Origin: Adineta vaga
Taxonomy: Eukaryota > Animalia > Rotifera
Reading direction: 5' to 3'
NCBI GenBank assembly: GCA_021613535.1
Contig: CP075493.1
Coordinates: 12,214,001 to 12,278,000, forward strand
Length of the DNA stretch: 64,000 nucleotides
Shown here: positions 25,367 through 39,255 of the stretch, one piece after another
How positions within the stretch are numbered: position 1 is the stretch's first letter
How the letters are laid out: every line of letters starts with the position of its first letter
Notes under the pieces: model-generated
Seen by the model: the letters and a program-made list of their open reading frames with translations, nothing else
What the model was told of the DNA's origin: nothing
The model's database searches: none
Position numbers and translations under genes: made by a program

Positions 25367-26565
25367 ATGAAAACTTTGATCATCGTTTGTGTTTTATTTG
25401 CGAGTACTTTCTGTGCACCAACAATCAATGAAAATCTAAATAATGAATGGACATTATTCAAACAAGTTCACAGCAAAGTGTACAAATCAATGAAAGAAGA
25501 GGATACTCGGTATAGACATCATATTTTCCTGCTTGATATCACTATTATTTTTCTTATTTTTGTTCATAGACGAAGTATCTGGGAAAAAAATGTTGCCAAG
25601 ATTCAATTACACAACCTTGAAGCTGACTTAGGTATGCATACATATACATTAGGAATGAATGAATTTGGTGATAAGACGCATGAAGAATTCAAAAAGCAAA
25701 TGAATGGATACAAAGGTGCTTCATCTCCTACAGAACACAATGCTGCTAGTCGTACATTTAAAGTTCTAGCAGATTTTGCTATTCCAGATGCTGTTGGTAA
25801 ATTCTTTTTAGTTACTGATTTGATTTGAATATTTTACAAATTATTTTTAAATGCTGAAATAGATTGGCGTAAAGAAGGTTATGTCACGCCAATTAAAAAT
25901 CAAAAAGAGTGTGGTTCATGTTGGGCTTTTTCATCAGTGGGAGCACTTGAAGGTCAACATTTCGCTAAAACTAAACAACTTGTCTCACTTTCCGAACAAA
26001 ACTTAGTCGATTGTTCTGGTAAATATGGTAATATGGGTTGTAATGGTGGGTGGATGAATCCATCCTTTGAATATATCAAAGATAACAAAGGTATCGATAC
26101 TGAATCAAGTTATCCATATGAAGCTCGTGATAACCAATGTCGATTCCAAAAAGTGAATGTTGGTGCTACTGATACTGTATGATTTGTTTTTGTGTTTGAC
26201 ATTTCAGCTAAATATTTAGATGATTTATTGGATTATTCTAGGGTTATGTTAATGTGACAAGCGGAAGTGAAGCGGATCTCCAAGGTGCTATCGCTAAAGT
26301 TGGTCCTGTTGCTGTTGCTATCGATGCATCACAAGATTCGTTTATGTTTTATAAAAATGGCGTTTATAATGAACCACAGTGTTCTACAACAGAACTTGAT
26401 CATGCTGTCTTAGCTGTTGGTTATGATAAAGCAGGTTCAAATGAATATTATATTGTTAAAAATTCTTGGGGAACATCTTGGGGTACAGATGGATATATTT
26501 GGATGACAAGAAATGGTAAAAACCAATGTGGAATTGCTACTGCCGCGAGTTATCCTCTAGTCTAA
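25367..26565 (+). CDS. CTSL: Cathepsin L-like cysteine protease (C1A), pre-pro-enzyme
   Basis: Exons at about 25367-25509, 25571-25796, 25862-26176, 26242-26565. Signal peptide, I29 propeptide (GMNEFGD), catalytic [26 protein letters not shown]. Confidence 0.95.
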
Positions 26566-27659
26566 ATCGACAATTTTCAAAAAAGACACTATAATCATCT
26601 TTTATTATTCACCTTCATCGTAAATATATTGATTCATAATAAAACAATGAAAATGACTAAAATATTCTAAGATACATGTGTTCACATTTTCATATCTATA
26701 TATCTGTTGCTTTATTTATAAATCTTCGCTTACATTAAATTTTCTTTCTACATGGAATTAATACAATTGTTGATAGGCAATAATAATTCGCCCTATTATG
26801 ATGTATTATATTTTAGAACTCATTTGCAACAAAGTTTAACCACTTGTTTATGTCGTCATAGTATAAGTGATAAACGATGATGTTTCTCAAGGGAGAATTG
26901 ATCTAAAAAGAATGATACAATTCTACTCATATTAGAAGAAAAGTAAACGGAACGAACCTCACTTTTCATAATTCTAATTGGTAAATGAAAGAGATGTTAT
27001 AAACAATCATTGATTTGAAATGACTCAATAAAATACTCTTTTCTAAGGAGAATGTATACCGTTTTATCTGCGTTTTCGACCATCGTGATTTTGTTAGATG
27101 TAATAAATGTCTAAGGGCAAAATTTCTCAATCTCTATCAGATTCTAATATTTTACTCAAATAATAGGACATTTGACAAGTAGTTACCCACACCCTTTCTG
27201 AACACATCAACATCTATCGTGTACGAATAGAGCCAAAGGTGTAGGTTGAATGAGTATGAGTCACTTAAAGAGACACTCGCACTTATCCGAACTTTTGCAC
27301 GTTCTGTAACTTGCAAATATATAAATATAATTGGATTACATCGAAAGATTTTATATGAAATATGTAACTTTACTGGTGCTTTTATGTTTCATAAGCATGT
27401 GATTGTGTTAGTATTGGAATTAAAATTAAAATAAAACAGTTGAATAAAAAACATACAATTTTGTTTTAATGATAACTCAAAATATGAAATCGACATTCAT
27501 TACTGGTGCTTTCGGTCCAATAAGGATCTATGTGAATGTCTAGATATCTTTATCTTGGTGTAAAATTATAAGTGTTTTACTCAACTGTCTTTTTTAAACT
27601 TACAATATCGATATATAATTACAATGTGAATAAAGCAGAGTTCGATTTCGAAAAAAAGT

Positions 27660-29710
27660 TTAACAATGTAACAGAACACCAACATTATTTGAACCAGAAT
27701 TTGCAACAATAATATCAGGTTTGCCATCGCTGTCTATGTCGCTAACTGCAATTGAAGATGGTTGAGAACCAACTGAATAATTCATTTGAGTAAGAAATAC
27801 ACCATTGCCTATATTTAAGAGTATGGTTATGCTGTTTGAACCTTGATTTCCCACGATTATATCAGGTTTGTCATCGCTGTCTATGTCGCTAACTACAATA
27901 GAAGATGGTTGCATGCCAACTGAATAAGTCATTTGAGTAAGGAATGCACCGGTACCCGAATTAAGAAGCACACTAATAGTGTTTGCACCTTGGTTTGCGG
28001 TGATTATATCAGATTTGCTGTCATTGTTTACATCAACAGCTACAACTGAAGATGGTGGAAAACCAACTGAATAAGATATTTGAGCAAGAAATGTGTCATT
28101 ATTTGCGTTGCGAAGAATACCAATATTATTCGAACCATAATTTGCAACAATGATATCAGTTTTATTATCATTGTCTACATCGCTAACTGCAACTGAAGAT
28201 GGTAGAGCACTAACTGGATAACTCGTTGAAACAGGAAATGAACCACTACCATCATTAAGGAGAACATCAATGCTGGCCTGATATTTATTTGCTACAATAA
28301 TATCAGGTTTGAGATCACCATTCACATCAGAAACTATCACGGAGGACGGACCGAAGCCAACGGCATGATTACTTGCAAAAGCAAATGTACCATTACCAAG
28401 ATTCATATAAATTCTGACATCTGGACTACTAGTTACCACAACAATATCTGGTTTGCCATCATTGTTTACATCACCCACGGTAATTGACGCTAGACTACCA
28501 GTGACTAAAAAACTAGTTTCAGAATAAAATGTAGTATTGCCGGCATTGAGAAGTACATCGATAGTGTTCGAACCAGAATTTGCGACAATAATATCGGGTT
28601 TATCGTCATCATTTACATCGGTTACTACAATTGAGATCGGACGATTACCGGTTGTATAATTAGTCCAGTAAAAAAACAGTTGGTTAGTACAAACTAGAAG
28701 AAAAAAAACATTCTTTGTTTGTGTGATTAAGCATTGTTAGAATTTATCAATGTATTTTGAACGTTTTATCACTTCTATGTACGATGTCAACGAATATTTC
28801 AGACAAGTGAAGTTTGATATATTGTCAATATACTTTATAATGAGAATAAGAAAGGTCAGAAACACCTTAATAACCTCGCAATTATATTACTAAGAGATAT
28901 TCTTGATCTTACTCTCAGTAATGTGCCAACTTATTATCAAAGAAAATATTCGCATTCATTCATTGTTGTGTTAGATAGATATTTTTGATGAAAAAACTGG
29001 AAGCAAATATCTAACAAAATACTTACCATTAGTGGTTGTTGTTGTTGATGACGTTGATGTTGTTTTACTTGTGGTGGACGTCGATGAGGATGCGTTGATG
29101 AGGATGATGACGTTGACGACGAGGTTGACGATGAGGATGAGGTAGTTTTAGTGGTGGTGGTGGTTGACGATGATGATGTTGATGACGAGGTTGACGATGA
29201 TGATGTTGATGACGAGGTTGACGATGATGATGAGGTAGTTACAGTGGTGGAGGTGGTTGACAATGATGATGTTGATGTATCAGTGGTGATGAATGTTGGT
29301 GGTATAGTTGACAATGTTTGAACTATAAAATGGAGATGATATAATAGAATTGTATTAGGGAGATAATTCATTGATTTATACAGCCACATGTACTCTTACT
29401 TACTATTTGTTTGATTATTAGTGATTGATACTAATGATTGGTTGAAAAAAATTAATATAGAATACAACTCATATTTTAGTTCAATTGTATTTATATATGA
29501 ATATAATATTTGACAACTTTGATTTGTTGAAAAATAATTCAGAGCACAAATCGTTGCATTTAGCCTTAACATTTGACATGTACATTGATCTATTGTTACA
29601 TTTACCAATGTCTTATTGATATTACCTATCATCATATAATTCTCTGCTTTACCAATATTAATACAATCAACAGTAGAGAACAATAATAAAATAACAGTCA
29701 TCCGCAACAT
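27660..29710 (-). pseudogene. Secreted apple/PAN-like + Ser/Thr linker + FG-GAP/VCBS repeat protein with a 1-bp frameshift
   Basis: Signal peptide and Cys-containing N-domain (29401-29710), S/T-rich exon (about 29027-29321), and an exon at 27660-28694 with seven D(V/I)xxDxKxDII repeats. The linker changes frame at about 29092 (ACG-CA-TCC versus the repeat unit ACG-TCA-TCC). Confidence 0.75.
29030..29290 (-). repeat. Coding low-complexity (TCA/ACA/TCG)n Ser/Thr repeat
   Basis: Repeated GATGATGATGTTGATGACGAGGTTGAC units on the + strand. Confidence 0.8.
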
Positions 29711-31219
29711 AGTATACTCGTTTTTGTTTTAAAAAACTGACTGACATTTGTTTCTACATATTTTATCACTATTTTTTTTGTTCCGTTTTCCGAAATACTT
29801 CCTAGTTAATATTTAATCGTGAAAAAAAAGTGCCACGCATTATGCAAGAAGCGTATGTCGAAGAAAAAGGAGAGATGTGCACATGATTACGACAATACAA
29901 AGCAGTTCTATCGTGATATTTACTGCAAAGAAAAAAGTACAAGTGAAGTTATTTATGTAATAAAACGTATTCGACAACCATTATATACACCAACTAAAAG
30001 AAAAAGAAAACGCATGACAATTACTAAATTACTTCGTCTATGAGCTGAATATCAGGCTTTTGTTAAGCATGAACTGTCTGAAGGAGAAAGAAGCATTATG
30101 TTTATATTCTATTATTACATACACAAAATATGAGTAGATAAAGAGATATAATTAGGTCATCAAAGCAAAATGAATTTCTAATCTTATACATCTGATTTAT
30201 CGTAGTATCGAAATATGATTATTTTTTCATTCTCGCTATTCACTCACAAACTACACTTATTTATGTCATTACATATGTAATTATATTATTAGAATAGTAA
30301 AAAGCCTTTCCAAGAAAAAGAAACATTTCTACTTGTAGTGAACATTTAATTTATTCTTCTTTTTTAGAGAAAAAAAATCTGTTTTCAAAGAATATCCAGA
30401 AAGATCTGTTTTTTTTCCTTCTTCTTTTTATTATGAGGATGAGTGTGAATGTAGGTTATACTTATATCGCTTACCTACATATCTACTCTGGTCAGATAAA
30501 ACAGAAGAAAACTGTCTGTCGATAAATTAGTTTTATGGTTGGCATATCTCTGATTGAACGACATCATACTATTGTGACGATGATTATTGCAACTAATTCA
30601 CTAATAATTTTTTTATAAAATGTTCTCTCAAATATCGAACACTATAATAGTAGAACTATTCTCTGCACATTTAGCGACGGGAAGGTCAACAATAAATACC
30701 AACATTGTTCATTTATAACCAGAAATTAGTCCTAAATAAATTCACTCATATTATTCTTCTATTTCATATTAAATAATGACTCTAACCTATGTTAAATCAC
30801 TTGTTTGTTTGCGATTATAAATAAGATACATTTGTGTATCAGTACTATATCATACACGGCAGTCACTCACCCATTAATTTCATATCAACGGTTTCCATCA
30901 TTTTTCTACACAATTCATAAAATACTAACATTGACATTTGCAGTCGAATGCCATAAAGTATCTTACATACGTATATTTGGAAATATGACAAAATCATAAA
31001 AGCCATCAAAGATGTTCGTTAGAAGTCATAAATGTCAAAAAGTGAGATGGACAATTTTGACAGAGATAAATTATGAAAGACAACGAGACATTATAGCATG
31101 ATACTACTGTATTAGCACTAACAGCAGTGCCATTAAATGTTATTATTCGAACAATCAGAATAGAAAGTGCGAAAACAGAATGTAATCATGGTAGGTTAGA
31201 ATTTTTGGTAAATATTGAT

Positions 31220-31920
31220 GATTTAACAGTAAATACTAATTTGAAAGTTCAATTGTAGTTTTTTTCTTATCTTACATTTAAGTTAAATGATGATCCTATC
31301 GTATATCGGCTTATATCAATGGTACGGAAGTCAATTTTACATATGGATCACTCTGGATCGTCTGATTTTCTCAATTTAGTCCAGTTAACAATAATACCAA
31401 ATGTTGGATGTGATGAATCTAATTGGTTAATTGTCATTGCTTCACTGAGAAGTAATTGTTAAACGTGATATGAGAAATGTCGCTGGACTTCTAATTTATA
31501 ATGATGGTACTACACCAGATCGGAATTCTCCCATGTCACCAAGTGTTCATCCAGATGCAACATTTTCATCTTGATTTTTATTCTATTAGACTGGTAATAT
31601 TTTAGTGAATATGACACAGATATAGACATGAGTGTACGAGCAAAAATTCGTATTTCAACGACAAAAGTCCCAACTCCTGCTGCCAAGTGGGGCTCATACA
31701 GTAACAGGTAATGCAACGCAGAAAATTGACATCGGAAGTTATAGCGATACCGTAGCACCTAGTCTAGGAATTAATAACAACGGTAAAGTTTTTATGAATA
31801 AATGAATATACTTTCTCAAAATACGTTTTGATTTACAGGTAGTGGTATTGCGATGTATCTTGTGTTAGCAACCAACTTAGCTCATATTCACCTTATAAAT
31901 ATGTTACCATTAAGAGCATA
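31220..31920 (+). pseudogene. Decayed M28 aminopeptidase with PA domain
   Basis: Fragments NTNLKVQL*, SAYINGTEVNFTYGS, IPNVGCDES, NVAGLLIYNDGTTPDR, and IGSYSDTVAPSLGINNNG|SGIAMYLVLATNLA (family pattern GSHxDSVxxGPGINDNGSG; intron at about 31783-31838). Stops and frameshifts present. Confidence 0.65.
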
Positions 31921-32278
31921 GCGTCGCAACTAACACATGTACTTGTCTATACGTTTTTTGCATCGAGTTTCAATATATTACTGTGATATGTAGCAGTCGA
32001 TTTCGTCTAGAAATTAAATACTTATTTTTTTGAGAAATCAAATAGATCCTTGACATATTGCTACTGTTATTCTCCCCCCAATGAAATGAATTAACAATGA
32101 TTTAGTTAATCGATTCTCTAAATAAACTATCCTTGCGACATCTCTTTTATTTCTCTTATGATTGGTTATCGTTCTGGTTTAATAAGATTTTTTTACTTTA
32201 AGGATACGTACACATGTGTGTGGATTGTATTATGGCAGCACGGTAGAAAACATACGTTTTTTTAATTTAAATCAAACA

Positions 32279-34053
32279 ATGTCGATCGAAACTACACTCA
32301 CGCTTGTGACACTTCCCGTTGAACTACTGTATTACATTTTTGATCAACTCGATATCAATGATATTTTACTTTCATTACGCAATGTTTGTACACAATTTCG
32401 TGCTATGACCAACACATACAATCGATACAAAGTACGATATACAAGTACATCAGTAAAAGCGGATATTCATCGAATATGTCGTATCATTCGACCTGAACAT
32501 GTGATGTCAATGTCTCTTACAAATTCACATAGATATGAAATATCAGATCGAATTGAACTCTTTTTTTCACTCATCGATATTCATCAATTTACTCATCTTC
32601 ACTCACTAGATCTTTTCGATATCGATGACAATAATCTTAAAAACATCTTACAGTATATTATCACCGTTCCCACACTCAAAAACTTGTCGATAGGAATAAA
32701 ATATATCGAAAACTTCAGTGACCAAACGGTTGATCTTCTTTCAACAGTGATTACAACATCCGGTATTCATAAACTTCACCTATTTTCAATGAATTATATG
32801 ATTCTAAAAATAGCATGGTCAAGTAAATCTAAACTAGAACATTTGGCACTTGATAGTTGTAGTTCTCAACAACTATGCTACATCCTTGATCACTTACCTA
32901 ATCTTCGAAATTTGTCGTCAGACCATTATTATAGCGTCAAAACTGATCCGATTATATTTCCATCCACTGTTCATAGATTGACTTCTTTGAAACTGCATAG
33001 TACAGGAATGACAATGAATTACCTGGAATCTTTATTATCATTTACACCTTCACTTGTTCGTCTTCAACTAATGAATTATTTTACTATATTCGACTTTTTA
33101 CAACGCTTATCACTGGGAATATTTTATCCGTAAAAAATTACCCATATTAGAAACGTTTAAGTTTCATGTCAGCATTAAAGAATATTCATATACAAATGTA
33201 AAAGATTTAGAATCGATAATCAATGGATTTCGTACACCATTTTGGTTTCAACTCAAATACTCCTGTGTAACTTGTAAATACCTCAACAATAGTGCGAGAT
33301 CTGAGGTTATGTTATATTCATCAACTGATTCAAGTAATCATTTTCTAGAGAATACATTATCAGGAAATATGTCATACTTTACTTCGACGAATAAGAATGA
33401 CAACATAGTCGAAATGAACAGTAAATGGAAAGTTCGTTTCAATGTACTTCACATTAACGACGCTATTCATTCAAAACAGGTAAGCACTTAGATGAATTTG
33501 ACACTATTTCTATTTTATTCTTTAGTTACATGAACCAACGGATTACATTTTTCATAACATGACTCATCTTGCACTCGATATCGATTGGCCAATCAATTCA
33601 TTTGACTTTCTTTCAACGTTTGCTAATTATTTGCATTTGATTGAACTTTGGCTGTTCCTTCATTTAAATCATCATTATTTTGAATCGAAAACAATGGATA
33701 TTTTACTTGATCTGGCATATAATGTTCAGACGGTTGGTATATCGTATGATAATGATTCGACATTGATACCAGAGAATATATTGGATTCAGTAATATCTCA
33801 TCGAGTGAAACATCTTATAGTACGAACAACGGATGCCAAATGTATGCAACTGATTCTTGAATATGTTCAAAACCTGTCCAGTGTGACATTTATACGTGAT
33901 CGTGCCTCTGCAAACTCTTGGATAGATATTAGTAATTGGTTAGATGAAAGAGGAAGCGTATTTTCACTAAGTGAAGATCTTCGATCTCTTCGTGTGTATC
34001 TTGAGGATGCGTCTGTTTTTTCACCCACTCCCACACCCGCTTACATTTCGTAA
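32279..34053 (+). pseudogene. F-box/LRR-like gene with a frameshift near 33115
   Basis: F-box LVTLPVELLYYIFDQL. The conserved WEYFIRKKLPILETFKF and FRTPFW continue in a different frame from the 305-aa ORF. Intron at about 33480-33525. Confidence 0.7.
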
Positions 34054-34240
34054 TTAAAGTCAATGAATTGGTAACTATATTTATATGCAAACTCGAAATT
34101 AACATCCCATGTATATTTTGCGTTTCTCTTATATTCTTATCTTGAGTCGCTCCGAACTGCATTTTGATAAAAATTAATGTTTCACTTATCAGTTGCTTTA
34201 CTGCATTCATTCAATAGAATTTTCACTAAAAGATTATATC

Positions 34241-36571
34241 ATGTGGTCGACTTTCGTTAGGGTGCTTTTTTCTATTCTGATATGTAGTAATTTATCGTTA
34301 TCACGAGCCATCTTAGCGTCAACTATTCCAGATACTGAATATGAACAAGTCATTGCTGAACGTTATCTATTTGCTCCTTTGCAAATGAGTCGACAGCTTG
34401 GATGGTTCTTGATGATGTTTATAATATTTGGCAAGCTGTTTCATTGCCAAAGTATCATTCTCAAGCTTCTGAAGGAGTTTGGTTACTTGGTTAATTAAAT
34501 AATGTATTACAGATGTTTTTGATGTCTTTATCTGCCAATGGTACTTTGGTAACTGTCAATGATGTTACTATTAATAGTAATACCAGTCGCCTGATTGTTT
34601 CTCACACAAGAAATACTTCTATGACATATGTAGCAGCTCTTATTTCATTGAATCGTATAGAATTAATTTCGTGCAATCTATCCGATGCTACCTCTTGTAA
34701 TGTTGCACAAATCATTTATTTTCCTTCTGTTTTGATGAACATATCCAAAATTATAGACGGCTTGTTTATCGAAGATTTAGGAGTAGCAGGTTGGTTATAT
34801 ATTGCTACTGATACTGGACTACATGGATTGAACCTTCATACATTTACAATTGCTCCTTTTCTCAATGCAATCGACGTGACTGTTTCATCATTAGTACGAA
34901 GTTCCAAACGACAAACAGTTTTTATTGGCACAGAAACTAAACTGTGGATATATTCGTATGGTATTGGTAAGCAAGGATGGCGTTTCGAACATATTGATGC
35001 ATTGATTGATGCACCAATTACATCTTTGGTATTCAACGATGCACAAGATCAGTTATGGATAGGACAAGCTACGGGAATAACATTGCTCTCACCAATTGTC
35101 ATGTCGACAGGTAGTATTCGCTGGTACTTTACGAGACTAGCAGGTCAAATCTCAAATCCAGGCTCTTATATTGGTCATCTTCCATTTGCTAATATAACGG
35201 TTATGGATGTAAGTCATTCGATTCTATCTGACAATCGAGTTTGGTTAGGCAGCATCTATGGTGTGATGCGTTTCAGTCCTAATGATACGGATTTGAATAC
35301 TTGGCGTGTGTTTAATAGTGCTAGGTATATGCCAAATCGCAACGCTTTAGTTAGTGTTACTTGATTGGCGGTGTTGAGTCGACCGAGAAATGCATCTGCA
35401 GCTTTAGGAAGTGCTGCTGTGGCAGTAACCAATAAAGGTCTTAGTGTTCTTCGTTTTGAAATGTGGACATTATCACAAAAAGCAGAACATTTTCAAGCTT
35501 TTTTCGAACAACCAGGTAGACATAGCAAATATAATCTTGTTTCTAACTGTTCAATGTCATTGTGGGGTGACAGTCGTTCATGCGTCAAAGGACCAGATGA
35601 CAATGATGGTCTTTGGACATCTATGTATCTGAGCAGTCAAATCTTTCGTTATATGGTCACGAAAGATGTAATGGTCAAATCATTGGCTTGGACACATTTC
35701 GAAGCATTGGAATTGCTCAATAGAGTCGCAGGTAGTTAACAGACTGAAATATAATTATTTACAGATTCAATTTGCCTTTTATTTTATCTTTCACAGGTAT
35801 TCCTGGCTATCCCAGTCGTTCATTCGCCAAACGCACTGATTTTCCTCCTGCTGATGATTGGTATCTATCTCCTGCTAATTCAACCCTTCAATTTAAAAGG
35901 GATACTTCTTCATCCGACAAAATTGTTGGACACGAATTTGTTTATACACTATAGTACATGATTTGTTAGCTGGTAATGATGATGAACAACAAAGAGCTTA
36001 TATATTAATCTTAAATATCACAACTCATATTCTTACCCATGACTGGTATCTGATAGGTGAAAACCGTACCCATACTACGTGGGGCATTTGGAATCCGATA
36101 CATGTAAATAATGATAGTGATTTTCAAGATGACCGAGGTCTTAACACTCTAGAAATATTAACTTATTTACTTCAAACCTATGCATACAATGGTGATGAGC
36201 GTTTTCTCAATGGTGCTAAATTATTGATTGAAACGTATCAATACAATATCAATCTTATTAATATGAAAGCAATTGCTGTTTGTGATGATAATTTTTCGGA
36301 TGATGAACTCATTTATTTATCCTATTTCAATCTTGTTTATGCCATTAATACAATTAAATAGTTATCGATAGGATATTCAACGTAATGTACCATCTGAATG
36401 TGATCAGCAACATCATTCATTACAGTTATTACCTTCTGATGAGCGACCTTTAGAAAAGTGGAATTGTGGTGTCTATAATTTAGATGATGGTGACGGATTT
36501 TACGAAGAAGATCCAACTGCTTTCTTGATTAGTTATTGGGGGATGCGTTTCTTTAATCTATTAGGCGAATA
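34241..36571 (+). pseudogene. Secreted beta-propeller + helical-domain protein of an uncharacterised bacterial-type family, multiply disrupted
   Basis: Signal peptide; motifs DNDGLWTSMYL, RDTSSS/DKIVGH, TTWGIWNP, DRGLN, SDDEL, LPSDERPLEKWN, FLISYWGMRF. Stops at 35362, 35952 and 36359, frameshifts near 34400 and 35905, introns at about 34481-34513 and 35732-35797. Confidence 0.7.
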
Positions 36572-36720
36572 ATATATATAGTCATTATTTGTTCTTTGAT
36601 ATCATCAGATACGCTTGAATCTGTTACTATTTATACTCATTCTAAAGAACAACACAACAAATTTTAAAAGAACATATCATCACCAGTCATTACTATATTT
36701 CGTTCATTTTATTTTTTTAA

Positions 36721-37632
36721 TCATTCTAATAAATAAGTATCTGAGTGAATGACTGCTTTCCCGTTCAAGTCATATATCTTCTTCATTTGTTCTTTGTCAT
36801 TATCGTCGTCGGTTGCTACGGCAACATAATCATAACCTGTTGCTTGATTTTTGCGTTTTGATACATAATATGCGGGTAAAGCTAACAGAACCAGTATGGA
36901 TAATCCAATGACCATATGAATAACAAAATAAAAGGTAATGAGCATTAATGTTCGATGTTCATCTGGATCTCTATTTTGACTGTATTCAGCATGAAATGGA
37001 CTGTAAAGAAAGAAACCGACAGTATAAAACCATGAACCTTGTACAAAAGCGAAATATGCTCGCATTAACGTAGCATAGATCTGATTATTATGTTGAATTA
37101 TTTCAAAAATACCGCCTATAACTGTACCGCAAATAGCGAGAGCAAGAAGAACATGTAGTTGAATTTCGACTGGAGATCGAGCATGTCCATGAAAATAGAA
37201 AGATACTGCTTCAGCAGAAAAAGCTAAGTTAACAGCGACAATATCCATATGTTTTGGTATAGGAAACCGCTGATGAATTAAAAAATCAATAATGCCAACG
37301 AGAAAGAATACCATATATGTAGCAACATGTTGTAAACTGTTCGCACCCATATGGAGTGCAATATGACGACCATTTGTATCGTAGACATGATATACTCCAG
37401 CACTGATTTCAGTGATGATACCCACTGATGTACTGATAATGATGAAAATAGCTTCTATCGGTAATTTGGCTATTCGTGATCCACAACAGTGCAGTGGAAA
37501 GGACAACGAAACGTAGTACGATCGTTGACGTTGTTGACAAATGAAATAACGCAACCATGCTGAATAAGTCCACCAAACACTTAGTATGAGAAAAATAGAG
37601 CCAGGAATCAGGTGGCCAACAAAAGTTCCCAT
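36721..37632 (-). CDS. TMEM45-like multi-pass membrane protein (DUF716)
   Basis: MGTFVGHLIPGS, LQHVATY, FYFHGHAR, QLHVLL, QGSWF. About seven hydrophobic segments; intronless. Confidence 0.85.
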   Translation of the reverse strand: MGTFVGHLIPGSIFLILSVWWTYSAWLRYFICQQRQRSYYVSLSFPLHCCGSRIAKLPIEAIFIIISTSVGIITEISAGVYHVYDTNGRHIALHMGANSLQHVATYMVFFLVGIIDFLIHQRFPIPKHMDIVAVNLAFSAEAVSFYFHGHARSPVEIQLHVLLALAICGTVIGGIFEIIQHNNQIYATLMRAYFAFVQGSWFYTVGFFLYSPFHAEYSQNRDPDEHRTLMLITFYFVIHMVIGLSILVLLALPAYYVSKRKNQATGYDYVAVATDDDNDKEQMKKIYDLNGKAVIHSDTYLLE

Positions 37633-38274
37633 TTTTACAAATTTATAAAAATCTTGTGCCAACACATGTGCACAATAGAAGGAAGAAATAAAAAAGAATC
37701 TTTTTCTTAAACGTAGTCAGTGCCAGCGAGAAGAAAAAGGGAAAGAGAAACAAGCAAATTGGCATATTGCTGTAAGAAGACGAAGAAGCAAAAATTGCAA
37801 CAGCGACCAAACGGCAGACAGAACGGATGTATTTTTATATAATACTCATCGCAACGCATTGTTACGCCACTTTCAAAAGATGGAAGTAAAACAAGCATAC
37901 GTTTGCATTTCTTTGTTTTATTGCTCCACCGTATAAAACGTCGTAGTTTATATACATGAGGTACACTCAAGCAATATTTGCGCAATTCAATCGAAGAATA
38001 AGAATTGTGATCATTACTCTTAGTAAGCAAAGAAAGGAAATGTAAGCACAGTAACTCGATTATATAACTTGCAACGATGTTTCTGTAAGTTCAGATTTGA
38101 AAATTGATGCTGCATAGTTTTATTGTTTTTTAAATTCAAAATTCAAAAATAACGACAATGATGATGATGATAGTGACACATTGTTTTCTCCTATCTAAAA
38201 GTCAGTTTTATGATGATACGATCGTTTTCTAAGTATCAGACACGACTGTTGTATGTTGAAACAAATTTGTCTCG

Positions 38275-39255
38275 TTATTTACTATGTGCTGTCTTAGCAA
38301 CGGTAGTCATCGGATAACTTTGTTCGCTAAATGGAAAAATCTGTGCTCGTCGTCTGATAAATTTATTCCAGAAATTCATGAGTAACCCGATAAAATCCTT
38401 GCGAAAAGGTTTCGATGTGAAGATGAACAGATAAAATGGAATAACACTTAGGGAATATACCAATAATTGCGTAATATAAGTAATAAACGATTCAATCTCT
38501 ATCCGTTCGGCACTTTTATTTGTCAGAGTATATGTAAATGCGCCATAGAAAAGACTGGCTGAATATGGTATGGACGTAATAATATTGATTAAAACTTCAG
38601 CAATAACCATTCGTATCATATGCTGATCTCGTTGTTTGATACGTAGTTGAGCAGCAGAATGTCGCTGATGAAGACTATGAATAGTGAGAATACTGAAGAT
38701 ACCCATTAATAATGGTGGTACAATACTGACAATGACAATCTGATAGATTGCATAGATTAATCTATATATACCTGTCATACCACAAATACCGTTTCTGATA
38801 TCCATATAGATTAGTATATGAACAGCAATTAATGATCCTATTATAATCATAATGATGAGTAAGATAACTGCTATTTTAACTGAACTTAATGAACGAAGAC
38901 GTGCATTTGTTCGAGTGAGAAAAAATCGATCAATACAGGCAAATACTATAGTATAGCGAAGATACACAGCGAGAATATGAATTCCGTACTTCTGTGCTTT
39001 ACAATAGACTACCGATTGTGTTTGAGGATCAGAATAATTAAGTGTATGCATCAATGGAAACATCGTCCAAATAATATAGATGATACTAAATATTGAAAGA
39101 GTCAGGAAATAGACTGAGCTCGATGTATGACGATAAGATTGTCGTGTAAACATAATACAATTGAAAATATTGCCTATCAAACCTAACGCAAAATAAATGG
39201 ACAAACCATATCGTGTTATTTGCTGTTGCAAGAATGGTAAGTTTGTTACTGGCAT
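38275..39255 (-). CDS. Orphan class A (rhodopsin-like) GPCR
   Basis: Seven hydrophobic helices; GLIGNIFN, ACIDRF, IVPPLLM, PFYLFIFTSKPFRK. Intronless. Confidence 0.9.
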   Translation of the reverse strand: MPVTNLPFLQQQITRYGLSIYFALGLIGNIFNCIMFTRQSYRHTSSSVYFLTLSIFSIIYIIWTMFPLMHTLNYSDPQTQSVVYCKAQKYGIHILAVYLRYTIVFACIDRFFLTRTNARLRSLSSVKIAVILLIIMIIIGSLIAVHILIYMDIRNGICGMTGIYRLIYAIYQIVIVSIVPPLLMGIFSILTIHSLHQRHSAAQLRIKQRDQHMIRMVIAEVLINIITSIPYSASLFYGAFTYTLTNKSAERIEIESFITYITQLLVYSLSVIPFYLFIFTSKPFRKDFIGLLMNFWNKFIRRRAQIFPFSEQSYPMTTVAKTAHSK

